Shown here piece after piece: positions 37,307 through 50,613 of a stretch of 64,000 nucleotides of DNA. The notes under the pieces were generated by a model that worked only from the letters and a program-made list of their open reading frames with translations, was not told where the DNA came from and did not search any database. Position 1 is the stretch's first letter, and every line of letters begins with the position of its first letter. The translations under genes were made by a program, and so were the position numbers. The stretch is from Adineta vaga (taxonomy: Eukaryota; Animalia; Rotifera), in the NCBI GenBank assembly GCA_021613535.1, contig CP075492.1:18104001-18168000 (forward strand). The letters are read 5' to 3'.

Positions 37307-38197
37307 ATGAGTAGAACACTTCAAGTTATAATAACAACAACGTTGTACGTCTTCTACCTGATTCAAATCGTTTTTGCATTGACCTGTCACCAGTGTAATA
37401 ATGGAAAAAATGAAATTTTCAACGGAACTGTAACAGCGGACAATCTATCGCCACTAACCAATTGCACCATTGTTAAAGCGGCAGATGGACAACGACATTG
37501 CGCACTAGGGATTGGGTGGGTGAAAACGGAACGATCCCTCATTCATGTTGGAGCTGCCTGGAAAAGGGAAGATGTTGTTGACGCTGATCATGTTGAAACT
37601 GTTTCAGGAAACCTCAAGGGACCGGTGCCCACTGCCGCCATCACGCACTGGTTATACTATTTGTGCTCTACTGATGAATGTAATCGTGTGGATAAATTCA
37701 AATTGTTGTTACAATCCACAAAAGTCGAATTCGATGTCGATCGGATCACCCAACTTCTGTACTCGCCAAGCCCGCAAAATGGTTCAACCTTAAATTGCTT
37801 TTTTGATTCAAATGCTACTGATGCGTCGGGTGCAGTATGTGCACGTCCATCAGCTAATATTAGCGAGTGTAATTATTGTTCGATCGATGTTAAACAAAAT
37901 ACATTCTGCGCCGATTGTTTCCTTAATCGGAATGTATCTCAATATCGATTTGCTGACATAAGATACCATCTGTTAGGAAACAGAACTATTCAACAAACAT
38001 TAGACATTGACTGTAATTTACCACAATGCAATACAATGGATTACGTGAGACGTGTCCAAGAAGCATACAAAATGTCTTTCGACTTCGACATGTTCTTGGG
38101 TTCAAATTCATCAGTATCAAAATTCATATCCACATCACAAATGATCGTTTGTTCTATGATGTTAATATTCATTCTGTTTGGCGAAATTGGAGCATAA
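37307..38197 (+). CDS. Secreted, probably GPI-anchored Cys-rich (Ly6/three-finger-like) protein
   Basis: Signal peptide, then LTCHQC, CSTDECN and CNLPQCN motifs, and a hydrophobic C-terminus. Confidence 0.7.
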   Translation: MSRTLQVIITTTLYVFYLIQIVFALTCHQCNNGKNEIFNGTVTADNLSPLTNCTIVKAADGQRHCALGIGWVKTERSLIHVGAAWKREDVVDADHVETVSGNLKGPVPTAAITHWLYYLCSTDECNRVDKFKLLLQSTKVEFDVDRITQLLYSPSPQNGSTLNCFFDSNATDASGAVCARPSANISECNYCSIDVKQNTFCADCFLNRNVSQYRFADIRYHLLGNRTIQQTLDIDCNLPQCNTMDYVRRVQEAYKMSFDFDMFLGSNSSVSKFISTSQMIVCSMMLIFILFGEIGA

Positions 38198-38811
38198 CTG
38201 ATCTTTCTTTTCATAGAGTGAATATAAGAACTATCTTTTAATTTTTCCGACAATGCATCACTAAATTAAACTGTTAAAACGAATTTTTTTCAGATACTTT
38301 TATCGTGCATGATGTCAGCTGTTAACAGACGGCTCATGACTGTATTCCGTTTGTTGAGCTACGGAAGGGCATTCTCGTGAAATCTTTTTTCACTCTGTTT
38401 TTACCGATTCCAGTAGGCACTACCGACATATTCTGTCTGTCAACTCTGAATCTCAGAAAGTTCTGCTATATAATACTAAACCATGCAAAGGTTTCTGTTG
38501 GATGATGTAGAACCCAGCGGGTTCTGTCTATTAATATTGAACCATAGTAGATCTTCTGTTCGATTGTATTAAACTAAAGAGGTTCTGTGTAATGATACTA
38601 AATGTAAAAAAGATTTTGCTTAAGGGTGCTAGTTACAAAAAAATCTTAGTATCCTGCAGAACTTCTCAGTGTCTCACTCAAAGTAAGGAGTGCTAAAGGT
38701 TTTGAAAGAGAAAAGATGATCTGTATAGCACTTAGTGTGAAGCAGAGCTGCCGGCCCGGCTGAAAAATGATATCGATTTCTCTAATAATCGAAATGAAAG
38801 AATATCGTTCT

Positions 38812-38925
38812 GATGTTCTTTTTTTCGGGAAATCAAATACTGATGAATTACCTTGTTTATCACAAGTAGCTAGACAAATTCACAGTATTACAGCTGCTAG
38901 TACTGGAATAGAGAGATAATTTAGT
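38812..38925 (+). pseudogene. hAT transposase dimerisation-domain remnant
   Basis: DVLFFGKSNTDELPCLSQVARQIHSITAASTGIER*FS matches the hATC pattern and has an internal stop. Confidence 0.7.
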
Positions 38926-39043
38926 ATACAAATTCAATTTGTACCATTTCGTTCGATATTGAATATACATTTGAACGAGTTGTACATATTATTTTCGATC
39001 AAGCATTATCAAATACATCTAATATTGGATTCTACGTAAGAAA

Positions 39044-39470
39044 TAGAGTCCTGCACGGGTGCAACTTTTTGCACCCGAAACCGAACCGGCTATTTATTTT
39101 AAGCCCGGACTCGAACCGAACTGGACCGGCACTAGTAATATATTTTCAAAAATATCACCAAATTAGTAAACGCTAATATCATGCACAAAGACGTAACGTG
39201 TAGTTTCACTCATAAACAAGAAAGAAAAACATGAGTTATCTAAAATTCCTTAAAAACAGGCAATTTAGGTGAATTAGTATCTAGTTATAATAAATTCGTG
39301 CCACTATAAAAAGACTAGGGCAGCTGAAGACACGTTCACTTATGATTCACGATGGGGAATTTGAAGGAACTGAAAATGCTAAATGTGATAATTTCGAGAA
39401 AACAGTTATGCATTTTTTCGATTTATCGATTACCGGGTCGGGTCCGGATGTCGGGGTACCCGACCGGTTG
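39044..39470. mobile_element. Degenerate hAT-like non-autonomous element ends
   Basis: TAGAGTCCTGCACGGG start with CCGAA/CCGG subterminal motifs, and an opposite-orientation CGGGTCGGGTCCGG cluster at ~39433-39468. No TSD found. Confidence 0.35.
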
Positions 39471-40103
39471 TGAATAAAAACTTTTCAAGTAAATTTGATG
39501 TACGATTATCTTACATACAGAAATATCAGTCAATGTGTGTGTTCATAATATAAGTGAGATTTATTTTTTAGAAAATAATATGTTTTTAGATCCATTGTTC
39601 AAATATCTTTAGAGTACTATATATACGTGTAACATGGGTGATTGTAATAGTTCTACTATGAGAAAATCAGTTACGCTACATGTTATTACAAATGATCATA
39701 TGCGTTCACTGATTTGATCTAGTAATTATATTCAATATAAAAGAAAACAAACAAATTTACCAATGCTAACAATACATTCAGCCAATACAGCAATGAGAAC
39801 ATTAAATTTTCTGTATCCATTGACATTTAGAATTATTTTTTTCTTATTTAAAACATAATTTTTATTATAAGAAAGAAATAAATGTTATATTATCGTCGAC
39901 ATTCACCCGTTGGTGGGTCGGTGTGTGAAAGAGAGAGATTATAAACTTACGTCCATCCTCAACGAAACCGATGAGAAAAACTCAAAATTAACAAAAATAT
40001 GTCTAGATAATCGAATTTGCGCATGAAATGACAAAAAGATGAAACGAAAGAGGATGAAAAAAGTCAATGTGTATATGTGTTTATATTATTTTATTTTATG
40101 TAG

Positions 40104-41759
<1,656 letters not shown>

Positions 41760-42075
41760 GTTAGGATAGATAGGCAAAGTCGGATTAATTTCTTTTTTCT
41801 CTTTGCTTAGTACTGTTGCTGAATCTACTGTATTTTGTTCTAAAATAAACAGAGAAAAAAAGATAATTTATAATGTATGTTTCTGAAAGATGTACTCTGT
41901 CTATCAAGTCGATGTTAAAATAATTTGAAAAAATTCGGTGGACTCGATTATCTAGGAGAGTATGATAGGAATTCGTTGATGAAATCATATAAAATTCTGC
42001 CATCTGAACATAAATACCACACTGCTTCACGAAGTGTGAGAATTTTAGCGTAAAAAAACTTCAAACAATAAAAAA

Positions 42076-42798
42076 CTAACCTGAACTAATATCTGCCATT
42101 AAGAAGACTTTATTGGTTAAACAACTTATGCGATATATCGACTGGCTACCTTGTGTCTGTAATTTAACATCACGGCCAACATCACTCATTATCTCTTCAA
42201 TATCTTTATTAAATGTCATAATAGATTTTAATAAGTTTTGCATAAAACAACCATTTTGATTGTTTCGTGTTTCATCTTGTACTGCTTTATCCGGAGCATA
42301 AGTATAAACAATGAGATTTTCTGACGCTATGTTTTGAAATGAGAAACTTTCATTTACATTCATTATCTGCGTGTGCACAAAATTTCTACAGCAATCAAAA
42401 ACATATATACCGACATGATATTTTCTTTCATCCATTTTCTTTATAATAGATTTAATATTAAATGAATGATTTGTCATATGGTTATATTCATCTTCTTGAT
42501 GATTGTAAGAATAATCTGATGGAAGAAGATAATTTTCGTTGTTGAATTGTTTACTATGACCAGAAAAATAAAAGAATACTAAGTCATCCTCTTTTATTTG
42601 TTCAACAAATCTATTGATTGTGTCGTCGAATTCACGATAATTACAATCTACTTTAGATAATACATGGAAATCCATACGTTTCAAAGTCATTGCTAAATCA
42701 TTGGTATCATTGGTACAATAATTCAATGGATCACAAGAGTATTTATTAATACCAATGATCAAAGCGTGTTTCTGCCGATAAGTAATTGATGTTGCCAT
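42076..42798 (-). CDS. Caspase-like (peptidase C14) domain exon
   Basis: KHALIIGINKY, FYFSGHS (His) and VFDCCR (Cys). The ORF ends at a probable GT donor at 42080. Confidence 0.85.
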   Translation of the reverse strand: MATSITYRQKHALIIGINKYSCDPLNYCTNDTNDLAMTLKRMDFHVLSKVDCNYREFDDTINRFVEQIKEDDLVFFYFSGHSKQFNNENYLLPSDYSYNHQEDEYNHMTNHSFNIKSIIKKMDERKYHVGIYVFDCCRNFVHTQIMNVNESFSFQNIASENLIVYTYAPDKAVQDETRNNQNGCFMQNLLKSIMTFNKDIEEIMSDVGRDVKLQTQGSQSIYRISCLTNKVFLMADISSG

Positions 42799-43248
42799 TA
42801 ATTCTAAAATTCATAAAGAAAATATTACTTTACCATCGCAATGATGAAGGTTTGGGTGTGGGTGAAGGAAGATGTTGTGATTCTGGAATAAGCAACATCG
42901 TGGAATAGGAAGTATTCTCTCATAAAACGGACTGACTTATCTGTTGTAGATCAGACATAAATGAGTGAGGGCGAAAGTGTGAGTCAAAAAAACTAAATTT
43001 TCATAAGACAGACTTTTGCAGCAGTCATTCAAAGAAACAGTCCAGAAAATGTATGTGCATGCTTATTCTTTTTTTTGTGAAGAATGACGTGGTTGTGTTT
43101 TGACAAATTTATTTAATGACATCATTTTCGTGCAACACAAGTTGGATAAATACCCACTTGATGGTTTTCTCCCATTTTAAGAAAATTAACGTAAAATTAA
43201 AATTTACGTGAGATGACATTAAATCAACTACTAATATGAAACCATCTG

Positions 43249-43327
43249 GAGGGTGTGGGTGTGGGTGTGGGTGGGTGGGTGGGTATATCTTCTTCACTCA
43301 CATATACACCCACACTCACCCACCTTC
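43249..43327. repeat. Head-to-head telomere-like hairpin
   Basis: ACCATCTG|GAGGGTGTGGGTGTGGGTGTGGGT...CACCCACACTCACCCACCTTC. Confidence 0.7.
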
Positions 43328-43559
43328 TGGTTAGTGTGAATCATTATAAAGTCCAAACAGTTGAACTTTCAGATTGGTACAGATTTAGCTGTTACCCCAA
43401 ACGTCCCTCCTATCATTCTCAAGAATCTCGTATTATAAATTCTTTCTTCGATTTTCTCGTAGGAAGAAAACGAGCTTTCGAGTTATGGCGAGTATATAAG
43501 CAATTCTGTCGAAATTTTAATTTGTTTCCATCTGTATCACTTTCAAGGGATGAACATGA

Positions 43560-43873
43560 ATTAAAAAATTAACAAGATTATTCATTCCATTGTTAATTCT
43601 ATTATTAATAATTCTTCTTCTGTACACATCCTTAATTCACGTAATAAAAACAATTAATACTGATATGCCTAGTCTTACAGAATATTCACAATTATATTCT
43701 AAATGCTCTCAAACTCTCACATGTCCATGTAAATATATATCAATCAATTATGAGAAATTTTCTTTCTATTGAATATACATTTCATCAAATATGCACAAGT
43801 ATTTTTATTACTGATGAATGAATTTCATATCTTGGCATGTCTAATAAAGCTATAATCTTTGATCTTAACTATC
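43560..43873 (+). pseudogene. Fragment paralogous to the 44480 repeat-domain membrane protein
   Basis: TLTCPCKYISINYEKF...HQICTSIF with stops and a frameshift. Ends abruptly at the GAGGGTGTGGG hairpin 43874-43940. Confidence 0.6.
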
Positions 43874-44479
43874 GAGGGTGTGGGTGTGGATGTGGGCGTA
43901 GTTGGTCTTAACACAAAGAACAATCCTTACACTCGCACCCATAAAAAAAACCCATAAGCAATAAACTTATATTATTGATTTCTTGAAGAATCTGTAAAAG
44001 TTTTTTGAATTGAAGGAAATTTTCACTTTTCTTTTGCGAGTGTATTTATAAAATTAAATAATGTCACACACAAGAAACTTCTTTTTGTTTTCTAGTGGCG
44101 TATTATTCTTTTTTTTTGTTCTTATATTTATACAATAATCAACAATCTTAATATCTTTTTCTCCAGTTGCTTTTCTTTATATCCATAACTATATTGAAAA
44201 TACTTTGTTTCATCTCATACTTTTCATCTTTCATATTTTCCATATGGAATACTTTATCCATATTCATATATTGGCAAACTAAAAACATCATTTACTTGAA
44301 ATAAAATTATTTTAGAAATCGTCATATTCCAGGTGACTTTAATTTAAAAATGTAAACTGAGAGAAACAAAGCATTTATATAATGAAGATTTCTATATGTT
44401 TCTTTTTAGTTAATAACAGTTAGAAATAAGAGTTATTTTGAAAGCATAGAGTTGCAAGTTAGATCTCTATTCTTTTCTC

Positions 44480-47304
44480 ATGTCTACATTTATTCATTGG
44501 TTAAGATCACAAATTTCTACTTTAAATTTATTTGAAAATGAATTATCTCGTTCCAATCAATTTCATTTACGTACATCAATCATTGCTACACGTTTATACA
44601 TCATTCTATTTACAGTAGCCATTATTTTTCTAACTATCTATACTGGATTGAGTAATCAAACATATATTATTACTAAAAATGATATAACTCAAACAATTTA
44701 TGAAGAATTATTTGAAAAATATTCAACAACATTAACATGTCCATGTCGTCATACAGCAATTTCATATGATAAATTTCTTTCAATTATACCTGAATATCAT
44801 CCAATATGTTCAAGTATATTCATTTCAAATATTTGGATTAATCATATATTTAATTCAAATCTAAGTTATTTTATTCCAAATGATTTTCGTTCATCATCTA
44901 GTAGTCATTTTCAAATTCTTGCTACATTTTGTTCTTATGTTCAACGATTAATTAATGAAACATTAGTTGATATTCTTTCGGATATATTCATTAGTACATA
45001 TATAGTTGATTCAAAAATATTAACTAAACGCAGTGAAATTCTTACTATATTCGCACAAACATCAATTACTAATGATATGCGTCGTAGTCTTCGTCTTGTG
45101 CGTAATAATATTCAAGAGAATCAAATGTTATCGGCTTTACAAACTTCTATTGTTAATATTTTATATAATTTTTGGCGTGATTACGTAATGATTACACCAA
45201 CTACAACAACGTTTTTGAATATTGATGGTCAATTATGTCAATGTGATAAAAAGAGTACATGTTTATCTCCATCGGGATTTTTTGATCTATTTGCTGAAGA
45301 TACTCACGGTAATTATACTCCAAGAAAACCTTCAAAATTTAATATTACTGGATTTTTTGTTGGATGTTGGCCAATTGAATCTCTTTTACAATCAACACTT
45401 GAATGTTTTTTTGATAAGATTTGTTTGGAAAATATTCTTCAATACTTTCCTCCACCTTCATTTCCTATCAATACATTAAAATTTATCAATGAAAGTCACT
45501 ATACACCACACTCATCTATTGAAACACTTGTTAATCAACTGTTTATTGAACATTTCTCCACAAGAAGTTCTTTTTCGGCATACTTTTCACAATGTCAACC
45601 AATCTCATGTGTATATACTTATTCAAGTGGAAATAGTATTTCATACATTTTTACGACATTATTGGGTTTATATGGTGGACTAACAGTTATTCTTCGAATG
45701 CTTGTACCACGTATAATTGCATGGATTCGTGGATGTAAATTAATTCAAAACGAACCAAATAATAACACGAGTAAGTTCAGCTAAAATTCATCAATGATAA
45801 TTATTCTCATTCATTATTTCTTATTTAGTTGTACCATTATTCGAACGTTTACAATTGATTTGGCAAAAAATATTTATACAAATACGTGAGTTTAATCTCT
45901 TTGATAATACTATCATACGTCAAGATCCATTCAAATTGCGTACAACTATCATTTCTACTCGAATTTATTTTATTCTTCTTACTTTATTTGTTACTATATT
46001 GGTCATTTTTACAGCAACACGTACTCATTTACAAACATTCAATGTGTATTATCCAACTTATATTACATTTGAAAATTTATATGAAAAATATTCTTCTACT
46101 CTTCGATGTCCATGTAATCAAATAACTATACCATATGGTTCATTTGTTTCAATTTCACCACAATATCATCCAGTATGTTCAAGTTTTTTTATTGGTAAAA
46201 CTTGGATTACATTCCTATTGGATGCACAATATTCCAGTGGAGCTTCTTATTATCAAGATTTTCGTATTGCTGCTATAATTTCATTTAATATATTAAGTAC
46301 ATTTTGTTCATTAATTCAAACAACAGTAGCTGATGCATGGTTTAGTTTTAATCAATCAACATTAATTACACTTGAAACTTTATCGAGATCAGAATTATTA
46401 GCACGTACATGGATTATTTTAAAAACTTTTCAATCAAATACAGTCGCTAATTTCAAACGACTTGTTACTTTAAATGAATTACATACACGTACTATGTTTC
46501 CATCTTTAGAAATTACTACAGTTATGTCTACACCGGATAGATTAAACAGTTCTACACGTATGAAATTTTATCCAGTAACAGCTACTTGGGAAGGATGTTC
46601 ATGTGCATTAACAGAATATTGTTTATATAAAATATATTTATACGAATATGGTGTTTCTGAACAACCCGTATTTACAGTTCCTGACTTTTGGTTAGGTTGT
46701 ACTGCAACACAAGGTATTCTTGGTTCATCATTAGAATGTTTTTTCAATCAAACATGTACTGATAGAATTTTATCGGAAATCTCTCCAAACAATTCGATAA
46801 TTATCCGTGCATTATCTATGAATGACACAAAATTTCCACCGAATACATCAGTTAGTACATTTATCAATGAATTAGTTGAAGAATGGATTGAGAATATTAA
46901 TTATACTGATTATTATACACAATGTTCACCGAATATATGTTCATATACTTTATTAATTCGAAATAATGTACTATATATATTAACAACAATAGTTGCATTA
47001 TTAGGTGGAATATCTGTTGTATTAAAATTTATTGTACCCATATTTATTGATTGGTTACGCAATAGAATACATGGAATAAATCAATTACAAATTCAAGAAC
47101 AAAGTAAATTATTTCGAAATATAAAAAGTTGATTGAAATTTATTTTTTAGATTCACGATTATCTTTTATTCAACGAATATATACAATGTTCAATTGGTTT
47201 ATTATACAAATACGTGAATTGAATTTATTTCAAAATGAAATAACTCTTCACGATAATCATCGTCGTCATCAACAAATTTATTCAACACGTATTTATTTAA
47301 TCTT
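44480..47304 (+). CDS. Membrane protein built from repeated ~430-aa Cys-containing units of unknown function; truncated early in the third unit
   Basis: Each unit: NLF...TRxYxIL-TM...LxCPC...YHPxCSS...SxLECFF...YxxQCxP...TM. Phase-1 introns at 45771-45828 and 47104-47150. The third unit stops at IYSTRIYLIL, where the TGTGGG tract begins. Confidence 0.7.
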
Positions 47305-47394
47305 GAGGGGTGTGGGTGTGGGTGTGGGTGTGGGTGTGGGTGTGGGTGAGGGTGTGGGTGTGGGTATACTCATTCCCACCACACACACACTCTC
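47305..47394. repeat. Interstitial (TGTGGG)n tract with a short inverted CCCAC/CA partner
   Basis: Nine hexamers at 47311-47364 (one is TGAGGG), then CCCACCACACACACACTCTC. Confidence 0.85.
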
Positions 47395-47414
47395 ACTTTC
47401 AAATAGAAGAAATT

Positions 47415-48416
47415 TTATATACAAGTGATCTTTTGTAAAATAACTCGTAGTCCATCGAAGAGTGCTTTACGAAAAACCATTCCACCAGCTAACGTATACA
47501 CATAGAATGGCATTCCATTGCTCATATAAGTACCTAATATAAATAAATTGAGAACAAAAGCACTAATAGATTTTGTACGTGCAGATTTGATTTCACTTTG
47601 AGTAATAATCGTGTAAAGACTGTGACCAGCTTGAGGAAGTGAAAATACAATAACAAGAGTAGTTTGCACACAAAGCATGACAAGAAGTTGATGTTCAATT
47701 TTCTTTAATCGTGAAGATTTTTCGTTGGCAGAACGTCTCTGTATTCTTAATGTTACGACAACGGGTTGAGCACGACGCAAAGTAGTTCGACGAACACTAA
47801 AAATGGTCAATAATCCAAAGATAATCATTACTGAGGAAGGAATAAAAACGGTAATCAAAGCAAATTCTAGATCGTATATAAAACGACATAATACTGTTTT
47901 GCCATAACATTTCAATGGAGTATCTGTAAGATTAGCTTGAAAACAATAAAAGAATTGAACGTATGCTAAACTTGAGAGAATGACGACGCAAATAATACCA
48001 CGTTGGGCATTCTTCAATGTACTCATTTGTCGACGATAGATATCAGCTGATGATGAAAGCCATCGATCGATCATAGCTAATGCAAGCAGCCAAAATGCAA
48101 TGGTTCTCGAAGTAAATAAAACAAAAAAACGAATTCGACAAATAGTGTCATTCGTTTCACTTAGATTAACAGACCAACCTGTTAAAAAACGAACAGTAAC
48201 ACCAGAGATCAATGTAATAAGACTAGCAATAGATGATGCTAAAAACAATAAAGCACAAGGATTGGGACGAAGTGTTCGTTGTGAAAGAGCTAAACAATTA
48301 AGCAGATTACCAATTGTGCCGAAGAAAAATATACCGATTGGCAGATAACGATTGATTTGCATCGAAATAGTAGCTAAACTTTCAATTAGAACTGCATCGG
48401 TTGAGTTCGACGACAT
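47415..48416 (-). CDS. Class A (rhodopsin-like) GPCR, 333 aa
   Basis: GTIGN in TM1, DRW motif at the end of TM3, seven hydrophobic segments, PFYVY in TM7. Confidence 0.88.
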   Translation of the reverse strand: MSSNSTDAVLIESLATISMQINRYLPIGIFFFGTIGNLLNCLALSQRTLRPNPCALLFLASSIASLITLISGVTVRFLTGWSVNLSETNDTICRIRFFVLFTSRTIAFWLLALAMIDRWLSSSADIYRRQMSTLKNAQRGIICVVILSSLAYVQFFYCFQANLTDTPLKCYGKTVLCRFIYDLEFALITVFIPSSVMIIFGLLTIFSVRRTTLRRAQPVVVTLRIQRRSANEKSSRLKKIEHQLLVMLCVQTTLVIVFSLPQAGHSLYTIITQSEIKSARTKSISAFVLNLFILGTYMSNGMPFYVYTLAGGMVFRKALFDGLRVILQKITCI

Positions 48417-49282
48417 TGTAATTAAATTATGTTAAACTTTCTATCTATTAAGAAAATTTTATTTATTGATGCAGATTTTTGACTTACAAGTTCTTTTCTT
48501 ATACTCTGAATAGAATAATTGCATATCGAAGATGAGAGAAAAGAAAAAAAAAGAGAAAAAAATGATGTGAAGATAAGTATGTCCTTCGAACTATCATTTT
48601 AGTATGAAAAGACAGGAAAGATATATATATATATTTATAAAATTGTCATTAGTAGATTTCTAAATCTGCATACTTTAATTAACATTACAAAATACGAGAT
48701 AATAAAAAGAAAGTGAAGTATAGTAACTGATTTAATTGCACGAGTGACTATAAATGATGAAATCTTATCATGCTTTTTTTTATGTTCTAAGATCTTGCGT
48801 AGTTGATAGTTCTGTCATACATTTTATTTGCAGAGAAATATTCTTTTTCTAAGTACCATACTTTGTCAAAGTTAAATATAAAATAAAAAGCACGAATGTT
48901 GACATTGATAGAATAAATAATGCAAGAAAATAAGCAAAATGGTTAATATATTATAGTAAACTTAACAGAATTAATAAAGCAGATGCAATTAAAAGATATC
49001 GATGTTGAACACTTGCACGATTTCGAGCTAAAGAGAAAATGAATCAAATAGATGAGAAAAGCGACAGTTACATAAAAATACAAAGACTTGATTGTGTTGA
49101 AGATAAATCATGATAATTGTTTTTTGTATGAATTCAAAAACTAAAAATGAATTTTTCCTTAGAATACTCGATTACATTATTAGTAGATTATTTTGCTTCT
49201 ATTTGTAAAATAAAATAAAATATAAGTACAGCTGGTGTAGTAATTTTATTAATAGTTTTATCTGAATTATTTTTAAAGAAGT

Positions 49283-50261
49283 TTATGTGATAATAACACG
49301 ATAATCATCATTTGGAATCAAATCGAAACCTCCACCATTAAAAATAGGAGAAAACATTGCCAATGGACCATTTTTGATTCTTGTTATTGTTAATATTTGT
49401 TTTATTTGAAAATTTTTAGTATTAAAATATAATTGTTCAGGTTTCCATTTAAAACAATCTTTACATTGTGTTACTTTCCATTGAATACGAACAGTATCAT
49501 TTCCATTAATTCGATGTGGAGGAGCACTAAGAGAAATATGAATTTCTGAACTTCGATTTAAATTTATCGTAACAGCTTCGGGATAATATAAAATTCCAAG
49601 ATTAGCATCTTGACAAATGATAGACCAATTTTTTGGTATTGAATTAAAATATTTCTCATCTGGTTTACCGATTGATATTATTTTATAATGTGTTACATCT
49701 TGTATAACTTGCATTCCATGACGAACAACTTCAGTTGATCGAAGTGGAATTTGTGTATTTTTTTTGAAAAATATTTCTTGACATGGTAAAATTTCTATAC
49801 TTTCAAGTTCACATCTTTAATTTGCATGCCAATAATCTTCATCTCGAGAAGAATTCTGAGAATGTATCATTTCATAATTAAAATTTATATAGTTTTTTTA
49901 TTTCAAATGAACTTCCATTAAACCACCAATGTACTGGAAAATTATTAAAATTCTTTTCACCATATGTCCAATAGGTTCCATATTGACAATCGACTGATGC
50001 AGAAGAAAGAAATAATTGAACGTAATATTTTGATTGTGGTGAATCTGGAATTGCAAATGGAAAGTGTTGCATTACAAAAGATGTTTGTTGTTCTGTATAA
50101 CTATAATTAACTGTTTGATAAGCACGTTGATTTATTTCATCAATTGCTACTAGTAAACCACTATCAGTAGTAAAAACGAGTTGACGTGGAAAATATGGTT
50201 GTGAACATTCTCCAGAATAAAACGATAAAATAAATAATATTAAATACATATATAGTTTCAT
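49283..50261 (-). pseudogene. Secreted protein of unknown function, disrupted
   Basis: The signal-peptide ORF shifts frame at an A-run (~49893-49899). The continuation NYINFNYEMIH...YWHAN*RCELE... contains an in-frame TAA and then runs into the 49714-49283 ORF. Confidence 0.6.
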
Positions 50262-50613
50262 GACGTTAAGTTTCGAACTAATTTACTCGATATTAATAGA
50301 AGAAACTTATCAGTATAGATTTATGTGTTTATATACATAAAAGAAGATGAGATGACAAAAAAAATATAATGTAATGTTTTTCTTATCTTTACACTCATAT
50401 TATTATCTCACTTTAATGTATTCTCTTTTTTTTCTCAAATAAAACTACGTCTTCTAGTTTATTAAAATAATTTAACAGTGGTCCAAGATGAACATAGATA
50501 AAACTTGAATGTTATATTTATTAACTGATATATACACCCACATCCATACCCTCGACAAAAGTGAAAAAGAAACGAAAATCACGAGAAAGTCATATTATAA
50601 TTAGTTAATATAA

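Noticed and set aside
38330-38670. Loosely repeated GGTTCTG-like motifs, possibly an old MITE
   Set aside because: No definable ends or TSD.
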